From: Eledone cirrhosa
Lineage: Eukaryota
NCBI GenBank assembly: GCA_964016885.1
Contig: OZ024744.1
Location: 39,370,001-39,434,000 of the forward strand
DNA: 64,000 nt
Direction: 5' to 3'
The notes under the pieces are model-generated. The model made no database searches and was not told the origin of the DNA. It saw only the letters and a list, made by a program, of their open reading frames with translations. Below, in pieces: positions 26,488 to 40,167 of this stretch. The position numbers and the translations under genes were made by a program. Positions within the stretch are counted from its first letter, which is position 1; each line of letters starts with the position of its first letter.

Positions 26488-26635
26488 CATACATACATAC
26501 ATATATATACATACATATATGCATACATATATATATATACATACATACACACATACATATATACATACATATATACATATATATATATACATATACATAT
26601 ATATACATATATATACATATATACATATATATACA
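23751..26635. repeat. ~2.9-kb (TA)n/(TACA)n microsatellite
   Basis: Seen directly; one ~50-bp unique island at 25760-25808. Confidence 1.
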
Positions 26636-28492
26636 GATTTTTTTTGTGGGGGGGGGGGGTTGTTTTGGAAGCCTTAACAATGCAGATGGGTAAATCTCCG
26701 GGAAACAGGATCCGGTCGTGAAGAGAGAGATGTAAGGGAGTGTAGAATGAGATGTATAGTGTGTAGAAGAACGTAGGAAAGAGCGTAAAAAATAAAAATA
26801 ATAACACGAGATAGAGTTACTTTGGGAGAGATTTAATTGTCCCTATATTTCGGATTTTGTATCCTCAACTGGGGGTTTACGAGGGGGAAAGTTATCTGTC
26901 GGAGAGCAATGGTACGTGACCTCTGTTGTCCGCCATTTGTGTGGAACTGAGATATTCTGTAAAGCGCGCGGAATAGGTGCGGTCAAGCAAAGGTCCTGGC
27001 AGCTCCTCTTTGTTGTGGGAGTGGGATGGTGCTAGCTGTCAATCCATTATACTACCTATATTCAGTCTTTGTTACTGGCAGTGTAGTAGTCTGTCTGGTC
27101 GCTTGTTGGTCGGTGGATGGTGGGGACGCTAAACACACAATAACAATCATTCGAATGCGACAGTGTGTGTGTGTGTGGTGTTGTCTCGTCTGTTTACACT
27201 AGCCACCTCATCTCGCTTCGCTCGGATCATCATCATCATCGTTTAACGTCCATGTTCCACGCTTGCATGGGTTTCGACAGGAATTTTCCCACTTGAGGCA
27301 AGATTGGTTGTCTTGCTCGTATAGGACTGTCTGGCGGGTTTTCTACGGCTGGATGCCCTTCCTAACACCAACCACATTTACAGTGTGGGACTGGGAGGTT
27401 TTTACCGTGTTGCCTACACGGCCACATTACAGCGTGGACTGTGTGTTTTTTTGTCGTGACACCTACACGCCCTCATTTGTTTCGGACTGGATGCTGTGGT
27501 ACCAACATAACTTTACATTGGAAGGGGTGGTGTGGATGGGGTGGGGGTAGTGGGGCCGGGGTGTATTTTGTTAGAGGTGCCTACTGACTGTAGGTTTCGC
27601 TTTGTACTTAGGCAAGGCGGGTCTTCTGTATTACTGTGTATCGCCAAAGATCTCGGTCCAGACATTGTCTTGGAGAGGTGTAAGTGTGTGAGGTCGGAAT
27701 TTAGCAAGTCGTCCCAGGTTTTTCTGGGTCTGCCTACTCCGTGGCTAACATCTATTTTTATTGCCCTGCACTATTTTATACAGCTGTCGTCTTTCATGCA
27801 CATCACGTGACCGTACCAACGTAGTCTTCTCTCAAGTAAACAGCATCTGATCCTTCTTATTCCTAATTTCTCCCTTAGTTCGTTTATGCTTTGCCGTTCA
27901 CGTATATTACTATTACACATCCAGCGGTGCATGCAAGCTTCATTCCTCTCTAGTCTGCGTATATCCTCTGCACACAATGCCCAGGTCTCACTGCCATGTA
28001 ACATTGCTGTTCGTATGCAGGCATCATACACCCTTCCTTTCATTTTTAGCGAGAACCCTTTAGCGGCCAATAGTGGTATAAGCTCTCTGAACTTTTTCCA
28101 TCCCGTTCTGACTCTAGCTACTGTACTTTCAGAGCACCCTCCACCACTGCTGATTTTGTCACCCAGGTAACGGAAGGTGTCCACTATTTCTATAGAACCA
28201 TCTGTGCAATGGAATGAGCTAGTATTTTGTGGGTACTTGCTGCTACTTATTGCACCAGAGCATCGGCCACATATAAAATCTATATTCGTAGTTAGCTTAC
28301 CTGTGATCCCACTACATCTTTTATGCACCCATACTTTGCATTTGGGACGGATCGGTTATTTATATGTGGTCCTAGGCGTTTGATCCAAAGTGCTTCCTTG
28401 ATTCGTAACGTGCCGACGTTGAGTTCTGTCGCTAGCACTGTGACAATGGGCCTTCTGTCTTTGTTTCCGCATTTGGTTATGTTTCCGGAAAG
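26636..28492 (-). mobile_element. Second Penelope-like remnant (GIY-YIG C-terminus + 3' UTR), split by an RTE-B insertion
   Basis: Removing the RTE restores ..VLATELNVGTLRIKEALWIKRLGPHINNRSERSEMRWLV*. GGATC is duplicated at the two junctions. Degenerate hammerhead at 26841-26875. Confidence 0.7.
27227..28350 (-). mobile_element. 5'-truncated RTE family B copy
   Basis: [31 protein letters not shown]-type 3' UTR and (GAT)n tail. Confidence 0.95.
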
Positions 28493-28523
<31 letters not shown>

Positions 28524-28564
28524 CATATATATACATATATATATATATGATGATGATATATATA

Positions 28565-28905
28565 TCATCATCATCACCGTTTTAAGTCCATTTTTCCACA
28601 CCTGCATGGGTTAGACAAGTTGTCCTGTTATGGGCAATGCTAGGTCAGGTGACCATGTCTTGCTGATACAGAACTGATTTTGGCTTGATTTCTACAGCAG
28701 AATGCCTTTCCTAACACCAACCTCATTTACAGTGAGTACTGGGTGCTTTTTGCAATGACAACTACACAACCACACTACAGTGTGGACTAGGTTCTTTTTA
28801 CTGTGTCAGTGTGGGTTGGGGGCTTCACTGGATATATACTTCGGTCTGTCCTCATGCAAGGGTGGGGTGGTACATACTGTGCATATGCTTCAGCCTGTGC
28901 CCATA
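28565..28905 (-). mobile_element. Older A-type 3' UTR/tail fragment
   Basis: Diverged match to 19910-20220. Confidence 0.8.
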
Positions 28906-28907
28906 AG

Positions 28908-28945
<38 letters not shown>

Positions 28946-29459
28946 GTACATACATATATACACACACCCACATATATATATATATTAGAGAGAGAAAGAA
29001 AGTGACTTTTGTAGTCACATACATAACAACTGGACCTCCTAGTCAACACTGCCAATCTCCTTGCTTTAGTTTCTGTACCCATGACAAAGCTTAGCTCCAG
29101 AATGGCCTGTTGTACTTGAGTTGTCATAAGGACTTGCAAACCCATAATGACTGCTACCAATCACATCATTTTTTGTGACCTCTACACTTACCAACTGCCC
29201 ATATTGCACCATAAAGGTAAAGACAAGACAGATGCTGATATCACTGCCAATAATCTCTCACTGTCATTTTTGTGTTGCCTTGACCCATGTACTGAAGTAT
29301 GGATTGATGAGCTGGTGTTTCATAAAATATCTTTGTCTGGTGTTCCACCTTAGCCTCAATCTTGAAATGCAGGTCAATAGTTCCATTGACCTTACCTCAA
29401 TCAAAGAATGCAATATTGCTCCCCACATACATAAATGCTTTCCTTAGTAAGGACTCACT

Positions 29460-29920
29460 GGGTGATATAATCCGGGATACATTATTGTTGAATAAAATAT
29501 GGGATGGAATATCACTGATCATAGGTTAATTCTGGACACATTAGTGGATACATTAGATAATGTAGTCCTAGATACATTATGTTGGAATAAAATATGGGGT
29601 GGTCACAGCTAGAATGTCTCTGAACATAGATCCAGACTGATGTTCAGTTAAGCAACAAGGATTGAGGACACATTGGATAAGGTAGTCCTAGATACATTAT
29701 GTCAGAATAAAATATGGGTTGTTACAACTAGAATGTCTCTGATCTTATATCTACTGTCAGGACTGACCTTGGGTTAAACAACAAAAGGTAGTGGACACAT
29801 TGGATAATGTAGTCCTAGATACATTATGTCAGAATAAAATATAGGGTGTCACAGCTGGAATATCTCTGATCATAGATCTACTGTCTCATTGGATAATGTA
29901 GTCCTAGATACATTATGGGT
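29460..29920 (+). repeat. Degenerate tandem array (~4 units, ~100-120 bp) of a dispersed repeat; related sequence at ~34320-34590 and 49470-50100 (opposite strand)
   Basis: Recurrent cattggataatgtagtcctagatacattatg..aataaaatatggg..cacagct(g/a)gaatgtctctgatc. Confidence 0.7.
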
Positions 29921-31074
29921 GAACAGAATATGGGAAGCTCTCCCCAACTCCCTGCAGCTGGTAGTCTTTGATTATAATTCTACTCAATCACAGCTGACCT
30001 TTGGGTTAGGTAAACAACAACAACAATAATATATGAGTTTAACACCACAAATGACAACTACCTTACCACTGCCACCACTACCATCACTGCCATCACCTCT
30101 CTACCACCACACACACCACTACATGAGCATCACCCTGTTATTCAGTGAACACACATAAATCTACAGTTAACATCTGTGTGAAAACTTTTGCCAGACTCTC
30201 TTAGATCACATTGGACTTCCTCTCTCACCATAAACACCCAACTTCACAACTGGGATTCTCATATATATAATCTCTTTTCATTAAATTACCCATGTTACTT
30301 CAGCCTAGTTCTGTCAAAATCTCTGCCATCAATCATTAAACAGCATTTCTTTATCCCAGCCTACATGGGAACCTCTTCCGGATGAGAGCGTAGGCTGGGG
30401 TTGGGGTTCTGGGATCTCAAGTCTTCCTATCTACCTGCTAAAACAAGCAACTAAATCTCCTTTTAATAGTTTAAAAACGACCAAGAAAAGAAACATTGTT
30501 GAATAATGTGATTGGTAATATTTTTAAAAAAATGTCAGGCTGGAATACCACAACTGTAATGCTATATGGTTGGTTACAACAAAAAACATTGACATCATCA
30601 TCATCTCCATTTTACGCCCACTATTCCCCATAACAGTGCCACCCAGTTCCACACTGTAAATGTGGTTGGTGTTAAGAAGGGCTTCCAGCTGTAGAAAACC
30701 CAGCCAAAATACAGTTCCGTTTGAGCAAGGTACAGCTCAATCAATTGGCCAAACTTGCATCACAATGATGCCACCCAGTTCCACACACTATGAACAAGGC
30801 ATGGTGCTATCAACTTACCAGACCTCCCTCATAATGGGACAACCCAGTTCCATACTGTAAACATGATTGGTGTTAGGAAGGGCATCCAACTGTAGAAATC
30901 AAACCAAAATACAGTTCCGTTTGAGTAAGGTACAGCGTGGCCAGCTGGACAACACGCCTATGCAAGCATGGAAAAATAAATGTTAAATGGTGATGATGAT
31001 GATTTTTTTTTAAAGCATGGGTTGGACAGGATGTTTTGAGACTGTTTTACAGTCAGATGCTTTTCCTATCGTTT

Positions 31075-31540
31075 GAAGGCTAAGATCTTTGATACTTACA
31101 TCCTACCAGTTGTGTTATATGGTCTTGACTGTGTTAATTGGACGACAAGGTTACTTCAGAAGCTCTCTACATTCCAGAACCACAGAATGAGACTTATGAC
31201 TGGCAAACGGCTCAGCGACCGTATCTGTATCAGTGAGTAGCTCAACATTACCAAACTTAGACCAATTACATCAATTGTCAAGTCAAGAGTACTCAAACTA
31301 TACGGCCGTATAAAAAGATAAAGTGGTTGTGTGAGTAGGTTATGCCTGGAAGGAAGGTTGGCTGGTAAGAGAAACAGAGGCTGGCAACCAAAACGATGGC
31401 TTGACAATGTCAACTTATGAACTGGACTTGATCTTTGCTCTTTGAAATCTGCTGCTGGTGATCGAACTTTGTGGAGAGAGATATCACATGTTAATGCCCA
31501 GTCTGCAACTGGTGGAGTTTAGCGTCACAAGAGACAAGAG
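31075..31540 (+). mobile_element. 3' fragment of another RTE-like LINE
   Basis: KIFDTYILPVVLYG..GKRNRG.QPKRWLDNV..DRTLWR; short-repeat tail acaagagacaagag. Confidence 0.7.
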
Positions 31541-34500
31541 AGCCTTTCATGATGCCAACTCTTTTAGTTACCTCACACAACACACATGGATATGGTATAC
31601 CTATTTTAAAAACTGGAATACATACTGTTGAATGGTATACTACAATACTGTACTATACTGTCTTTGAATATGCTATGTCAAGTGGTGGTGTTGGTGGGGC
31701 AGGAGAATTATGACTGCAATGACTTTGACCATGCATAGGTTTACTTAATCAGAGTTAGCTTACAGTAGTAACTAATTCAATTATATATTAAATTTTGAAC
31801 TAAACTGAATTATACTATAAATTTGTATCTGAACATAACAGTACGGGCTTTATGTATCATTTTAAACAAGTGTAGCTTTAGTGAATTATTTATTTATATA
31901 TTTATTTATTTAATCTAATCATGTTATAAGTTTATAGCTATTTCTATTTTCAAATTTAGTGTTTATTTCATTATTTTGTCAGTAATGCACTGGGTAATTG
32001 CTGGCCTTGTGCCTAAAGTAGAAACAATTATTTTGTATAAAAACAAAAAAGTTTCAAGCAATAGAAATTATATTTTATTTTAGCTTTGTAACATTACCTG
32101 CTGTAAGCCACAATTTGAAAAATAGGTTTCTAAAATCACCTGCCACATGACAGGTAAAAATGGTTCTAGCTGAGAACTAATGATGAGTGTATGTCTTGTT
32201 GTTTAGTCCTAAGTCAATTCAAATCATGCAGACCTGAGATCAAACACATTCCAAATAACAGCTAAATCTCACAATCATCATCATTACTGTTTAGTATCCA
32301 TTTTTCCATGCTTGCATGGGTTAGACAAGGACTATGAATTTGACCAGTTATTTTACAGCTGGATGCCCTTCCTAACACCAACCATATTCACAGTGATGTT
32401 TGATTTTTTCTTATTTAAAAAAAAAAAAGATAGGTTGTTACTTAGGAAGATTTTGCTGTTAGTTCTAGTAAGTACTTCTAGTAACAACAAAAAGCCATGG
32501 TTCCCAAACTACATACCTTAGTACACTGGTGTGCAGCTAACAAACAAGATTCTATTTCGAAATGTGTAAAAACTACAAGTTGAAATGCATAATACAGTTC
32601 ATATACAACTGGCATAGTGGGGAAACAACTAAACTAAGAATGGAAACATTGTTTAAAAAACACCAACCACATGTTTCTCATTGATAACTTTGCTCCATTT
32701 ATTGACTAAAGAAGGAAGTACAAACAATTTTTTCTGTAATTTTAATTATATTTCTACTTTATGTTATGCTGATATGTATAAATACCTATTTTGAATAAAT
32801 TTTCAAATTTAGGTTCAAAGAAGAAAGTTTAAAATGCACCAACATATTTTTTACTTATTCTAACTTTCACTGTCAATAAAAATAGTTTGGGAATGACTGA
32901 CATAGAGGCTCTCTTCATCATCATCATCATTTACATGTGCTTTACTATGCTTGTATTGTCTCTATTTATATAACTGACAAAAGAGACAGTCTGTTAAGCT
33001 CACTTGCTGTAAACATTAACTACATAAAGAGTGATATATGTTTGTGTTTCACCAATATCAAATTCTCTACCACAATCTCCACTACAAAATAGATGGATAA
33101 ATAGCAACTAATCTTGTGTAACACACTCAGAGAATACATAATACTGTATATATTTATGTATAAGTCACATCCCTTTTTTCTGGACTTAAAAAACATCAAT
33201 TACTGATCCAAGAATATTATATCTAAATAGAGCAAAAGTGGTGAAAGCTGATCTCAGGATGTTGAACCTCACAAAGGAGATAAAAGAAATGCATCAAATG
33301 TGGAATGTTGTTTTGGAGATGACCTGTCCAACCCAGGTAAGCATGGAAAGCCCATAAAAAATTATGATGATGATAATGGTGGTAGTAGTGCTGTTGCTGG
33401 TAGTAATGATTGTGGTGGTGGTGGTGGTAGTGGTGGTGACTTACCAGTGTGATTTATAAATGAAAATATATTATATATTTGATAAAGCTACAGACAAACA
33501 ATAAGTAAATGGACCTTTCATGTCATTTTCTAAGATGAGGCTTCCACCTGTTCAGTCAACCGTACTGCTTACACATTGTATTAGCATGTATATGTAGATA
33601 GCTGAATATATGAAATGGTTAACATACATTTTGGAGGCTAAAAGATACATGGGTGTATATGAGGCACCCTTATTTTGAAGAAAAATAGTATTTAATATAC
33701 TGTTATTCTGTGTATAAGACAGAGGCAGATTTTTTTACAAGAAATCTGTTATTGACAACCTCCTAGTATTGGTGATCTACACAATAAATGCACACAGTAC
33801 ACTCTCTAAAGTGGTTGGTGATAGGAAAGGCATCTAGCTATGGAAAATCTGTCAGCAGGACTCTTCAGCTATGCCAAATGTGGCAACCTCCCTAGTGCTA
33901 GAGCTATGATGAAATAAATGTATTTAGTGGAGCACAGGATCATATGTCAGCAAGAAGAGAGGTCCCAGTGAGTTGAAGCAATCTATAGAGTGTGAGAACA
34001 TATGTGAGAAGCAGACCCCTGACTAATCTGAAAAGTCAGTAGCCCTGCTTGAGTGCTGACTGGTTTATGATAACCCATCCAACCCTTGCTAGCCAGGAAA
34101 ATAGATGTTAAACAATGATGATGATGGCAATAGTGATTATGTGTTTTATACACAGAAGAATGAAGTAATTCTCAAGCAGAATCATCATGACACAGTAAAA
34201 TAGTGTGATATGGCTAGTCCTTAGAGTTATAGATACTATTTATTTGTAGAGCAGTCAAATCTTACTCAAATCACATTATCGCTTTGAAAAAAAAAAGACA
34301 AGACATATTGCATAATGTTCTCCTAGGTACACTATATCTGGGAAAATATAGATGGGATGGTCACAGCTGGTATTGGTATATCTATGATTATGCTTTACTA
34401 GACTAAAAAACAAGGACATACACACAAAGATGGTATCTACATGGTCATTTGAACTGCAAGAAAGATCCTGCCCTCCATCCATGCAAGAAAATCTTTCAAA

Positions 34501-34855
34501 ACCATGCTCTAAAGTCCTAAATTGGGTTGGTCACAACTGGAACGTCTATGACCAGACTGACCTAGGGTTGAACGACAACAACAACACACACAGTGAATTC
34601 AAGAAGAAAGGACTCTAACAATGAACTACTTTACCCTCCCATATTCCTGAGTCAAACCACTTGGCCAAAGTGTCAAGTAGTTGACATACTGCAGACAAAA
34701 GAGTGAGAAGTTCTATTTTCCTCTCAATTAAATACACACACACACACACATATATATATATACACACACAAACACACACATCCAAATACACTTATATATA
34801 CATATATATATATATATCTCCAAATACACATATACATACATATATATATATACAT

Positions 34856-34902
<47 letters not shown>

Positions 34903-34976
34903 TCCAAATACACACACATATATATATATATACATCCAAATACACATACATATATATATGTGTGTGTGTATTTGGA

Positions 34977-35008
<32 letters not shown>

Positions 35009-35067
35009 CACACATCCAAATACACACACACATATATATATGTATATGTGTATTTGGATGTGTGTGT

Positions 35068-38000
35068 ATCATCATCATCATCATCGTTTAACGTCCATGT
35101 TCCACGCTTGCATGGGTTTGGACGGGAGTTTTCCCACTTGAGGCAAGAGTGGTTGTCTTGCTCGCATAGGACTGCCTGGCGGGTTTTCTACAGCTGGATG
35201 CCCTTCCTAACACCAACCACATTTAATGTGTGGGGCTGGGAGGTTTTTACTGTGTTGCCTACACGGCCACATTACAGCGTGGACTGTGTGTTTTTTGTCG
35301 TGACATCTACACGGTCTCATTTGTTTCGGCCTGGATGTTGTGGCACCAACATAACTTTACATTGAAAGGGGCGGTGTGGATGGAGTGGGGGTGGTGGGAC
35401 GGGGGAGTATTTTGTTAGAGATGCCTACTGACTGTAGTAGGTTTTACTTTGTATTTAGGTAAGGCGGGTCTTCTCTATTACTGAGTACCGCCAAAGGTCT
35501 CGGTCCAGTGACATTGTCTTGGAGAGGTGTAAGCGTGTGAGGTCGGAATTTATCAGCTCGTCCCAGGTTTTTCTGGGTCTGCCGACTCCGTGGCTACCAT
35601 CTATCTTTATTGCCCTGCACTTTGTTATACAGCTGTCGTCTTTCATGCGCATCACGTGACCAATCCAACGTAGCCTTCTCTCGAGTAAACAACATCTGAT
35701 CCCTCTTATTTCTAATTTTTCCCTTAGTTCGTTTATGCTTTGCCGTTCACGTATATTACTATTACACATCCAGCGGAGCATGCAAGCTTCGTTCCTCTCT
35801 AGTCTGCGTATATCCTCTGCACACAATGCCCAGGTCTCACTGCCATGCAGCATTGCTGTTCGTATGCAGGCATCATACAACCTGCCTTTCATTTTTAGGG
35901 AGAACCCTTTAGCGGCTAATCGTGGTATAAGCTCTCTGAACTTTTTCCATCCAGTTCTGACTCTAGCTACTGTACTTTCAGAGCACCCTCCCCCACTGCT
36001 GATTTTGTCACCCAGGTAACGGAAGCTGTCCACTATTTCTATAGAACCCTCTGCGCAATTGAAAGAGCTAGTATTTTGTGAGCACTTGCTGCTACTTATT
36101 GCACCAGAGCACCAGCCACATGTAAAATCTATGTTCTTAGTTAGCTTACCTGTGATCCCACTACATCTTTTATGCACCCATACTTTGCATTTGGGACATA
36201 AAATGGAGTTTCTACCTATGTCTTTCCTACACACTGAGCATGGCCATTTCCCGGAAGGGACCGCCGCCTTATTTTCTTTCCTACAAACTAGAACTTTAGT
36301 CTTAGCCAGGTTAATTTTAAGGCCTTTTGATTCTAGGCCGTGCTTCCATGTTTGGAATTTCTTCTCTAGCTCGGTCATTGATTCAGCTATGAGCGTTAGA
36401 TCATCTGCATATAGGAGTTCCCATGGGCAGCCGGTCTTGAACTCCTCTGTTATAGCCTAAAGGGCAATAATAAATAGTAGGGGGCTGAGAACAGAGCCCT
36501 GATGGACACCAACTTTTACGCTAAACTCTTCACTATATTCGTTGTTAATTCTAACCTTGCTGACTGTTTCTTTATACATGGCTTGTATAGCTCTCACAAG
36601 CCATTCGTCAACACCTAGTTTTCTAAGAGCCCACCAGATAATGGAACGGGGGACTCTGTCGAAGGCTTTCTCCAAGTCAACAAAAGCTAAGTATAGGGGT
36701 TTACTTTTAGCTAGGTACTTCTCCTGTAGTTGTCGTACAATGAAAAGAGCGTCTGTGGTACTTTTGCCTGACACAAACCCGAACTGCATTTCATCTAGAT
36801 CAATTCTCTCTCTGATTAGCTGCGCTATTACTTTTTCCGTGACCTTCATGACCTGGTCGATTAATTTAATGCCTCTATAGTTACACCTATCTAGGGCATC
36901 TCCTTTACCCTTGTAACAGTTAATGATGATGCTGCTATGCCAGTCCTTCGGAACAACCCCATTCTGTATGACTTGGTTTACTATCCGGGTGACCATGGTG
37001 TGTCCCACTGTTCCAGAGGCTTTCAGCATCTCAGCAACTATTTCCGAAGGCCCAGCCACCTTACCTGTCTTCATATCTTTGATTGCCTTACTTATTATAC
37101 TACCTTCACCTAACACTGCTGGTCCCTCTATTGGGTCGATGTGGGGGAGACTGTCTTTCTCCCATTTGTTCTCCTCATTTAGAAGCCTTTCTTAGGGACA
37201 CTTCCAAGCTACCTTCTTATCAGCGTCAGTGATGGCAAGTACGCCATCATCATTAAGTACACACTTCTCCCCGACAATATCACGGTTTTCCTTGACACAT
37301 TGCCTAGCAATCCTGAACACCTCATGTTTTTGGTCCTCACGTTGTAGAACATGCTTGAACTTTCTTTCCTCTGCTTCCCTTCTTACAAAGTACACTTGTC
37401 TCCTAGCTTCCCTCCTGGCCACTTGGTAGTCTTCTCTACTTCCCCCATCCCGCCATACTTTCCAAGCCTGCTTTTTGGCCTTAATTGACTCCTCCACCTT
37501 ACTGTTCCACCACCATGTTACTCTCCTCCTACCTACAGGCCTGCTCCAACCACCGACTTCGTCTGTCGCCATCAGCAGGTTTGCTTTCAGAAATTCCCAC
37601 TCTCCCTCTATATTGTCCGACTCTAAATGCTCTTCCTTACTGTCGAAAGCATCAAGTAATATGCTTTGAAATTTATTTCTGGCTGTGGGGTCCTTTAGCT
37701 TCCATATTTTTCTCCTGAAGATAGTCCTATTCTGCTGTCTAGTACGTCTCGTCTTGACTATGAGGTCGCTAATTATCAGTCTATGTTGGGAGGTGCATTC
37801 TTCATGGGGGAGGGATTTAGTGTTAACAACAGACACTCTGTCATGTCTTCTGGTAAGGATATAATCTACCTGGCTTGTGTGTTCCCCCGATCTATAGGTG
37901 ATCAAGTGATTGTCTCGTTTTTTGAAGTTAGTGTTACAGATAGTTAGGTTATTTGCATCACAGAATTCCAGGATTCTGGAGCTTTCCTCATTTCTAGTAC

Positions 38001-38900
38001 CGAACCCATAGCCTCCATGGATTCCGTCATAGCCGTCACAATGTTGTCCAACGTGACCATTCAGGTCGCCTGCAATAATTATATAGTCACTGTCGGTTAT
38101 TTGGGAGGTAGCGAGCATCAGTGTCTCATAGAATCTGTCTTTTATAGTGCCGGGCAGTCCGGATTGGGGTGCGTACGCAGATATTACTGTCACCGTAGTT
38201 CTATTGAGGACAAGTCTTATTTTAATTATTCTGTCGTTCACTCTATTTACGTTTATTATCTTATCTGCCCACTTTTCTGCTACCATGATTCCTACTCCAC
38301 CCAGCCCGTTGTCATTTCCCACCCAGAAAAGCTTATAGCATCGTTTTTTACCCTCAATGAATCTAGCAGACCCACCCCTCCACCTGGACTCTTGAATACA
38401 ATAAACATCGACCCCCTTACATTCAAGCATTTCTACAACCTCGTTAGAGCGACCCTTTAAGGTGCCTACATTCATGGTACCAACTCTGAAGTTTGGGATT
38501 GCGTTTGGAGGTTGGGAGCGGTGGGGTGCGGGGGGGGGGGGGGGGGGGGGTATGTTAGCCATCCACGGCCGAAACAAGGAGGAGGAGTGCTTGCATTCTC
38601 GTCCATGAGGTGAATTTGTCTTTATCTTTGGCATTGTCGCTGAGTGTCCAGATTTTTCTCTCTTCAACTCTCCAGAATTCCGTAGTCCATCCATCATATC
38701 GAAAGGCAACCAGTTAAGCGATAGTATGGGCCTCTGACTTATGATTGGTCCACGTAATAATGGTGGTGCGTGGGGGCGGGAGGGATGGTGGTGCGTGGGG
38801 GCGGGAGGGAGGGATGTTGGATAGTTAGCGAGAAGGTAATGTTTTAAATAAGATCCCCGTATTTTGGGCATAATTTAACAATAAATGAAAATACAAGATT
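35068..38900 (-). mobile_element. Near full-length RTE family B copy 1; ORF (38871/38642 to 35455) broken by stops at ~37192 and ~36457
   Basis: Three collinear frames (APE; RT; PHD + C-terminus ending EKTRLT*), ~370-bp 3' UTR, (GAT)n tail, microsatellite flanks. Confidence 0.95.
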
Positions 38901-38931
38901 TATATATATATATATATACACACACAATTCT

Positions 38932-38964
<33 letters not shown>

Positions 38965-38967
<3 letters not shown>

Positions 38968-39251
38968 ATTCTCAGACCGGGTGATGTGTTGTTTCCTTGA
39001 GCAAGACACTTTATTTCACATTGCTCCAGTTTACTCAGCTGTAGAAATGAGATGATAGGGACTGGGGTCTCTATCATTCCACCTCAAAGTGGACGTGTAG
39101 GTGCCATGGCAAAAAATCACCCAGCACTCTCTGTAAATGAGGTTGGTGTTAGGAAGGGCATCCAGCTGTAGAAATCAAGCCAGAATCAGTTCCCGTCCCA
39201 CCCTTGCAAGTAGGGAAAAGCGGACGTAAAATGATGATGATGATGATGATG
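38965..39251 (+). mobile_element. 5'-truncated SINE (CORE + RTE-derived parts + RTE-D tail)
   Basis: ccttgagcaagacactt CORE-like block, aggaagggcatccagctg, cccgtcccacccttgcaag..cggacgtaaaat(gat)n. Confidence 0.9.
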
Positions 39252-39344
39252 ACATCCAAATACACATACGCATACATATATATATGTGTGTGTGTTTGTG
39301 TGTGTGTGTGTATGTATATATATATATACACACACATCCAAATA

Positions 39345-39507
39345 CATGGACACACTAGAAGAGGAAGACCAAGGTTAACGTATGTTGATGCCCTAAGGAC
39401 AGACACTGGTCTGTTGGAGACGCAGGACATGGCAGCGATAATGAGGGACAGAGACCGCTGGAGAGAGCTCGTCCATGGATCAAGGGAATTTTACCCGCCT
39501 TAGAATA

Positions 39508-39510
<3 letters not shown>
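39345..39510 (+). mobile_element. Short 3' end of a further RTE-like LINE
   Basis: HGHTRRGRPRLTYVDAL..D..AIMRDRDRWRELV*, then tagaatagaa. Confidence 0.7.
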
Positions 39511-39566
<56 letters not shown>

Positions 39567-39915
39567 CACACACACTCCCAACAACATGCACCAGAATCAC
39601 ATTCCTATATAAAGAAATGTCTTGGTGCCACAATTCTTTGAGGAACTAATTCAAATCAGTGACAATAATAGAGTTATAGTAAGAGATTTATCAACATCAG
39701 TAGTTGCAGCAGTAACAGGTCTTTTACAGATTTACTAAATTGGTCCTTCAACAAGATTTAGTGCATTCTAATAGGTATTTTAGTAGTTGTGTCACAAGGA
39801 TATACAGTAGATATTCTTTGTCTAATTAGTTCCTATAACATAACCAGTAGATCTTATCTATACATACATATACACACATACATACACTAACACACACATA
39901 CATATATATACACAC

Positions 39916-39978
<63 letters not shown>

Positions 39979-40132
39979 CACACACATATACATATACATA
40001 TATATATATACACATATATATACACACACATATACATATACATATATATATATACACATATATATACACACACACATACATATATAGACACACACACTCA
40101 CATATATATATATACACACACACAGATACATA

Positions 40133-40164
<32 letters not shown>

Positions 40165-40167
40165 CAT

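Noticed and set aside
19024-26807. Long Y/I/M/C/V/H-rich ORFs here and at 34.7, 39.8, 54.5, 58.5 and 60.6-62.4 kb
   Set aside because: Translations of TA/TACA microsatellites that lack stop codons; not genes.
28340-28492. RTE-Penelope template-switch chimera
   Set aside because: The PLE frame resumes on the other side of the RTE with a target duplication, so it is a nested insertion.
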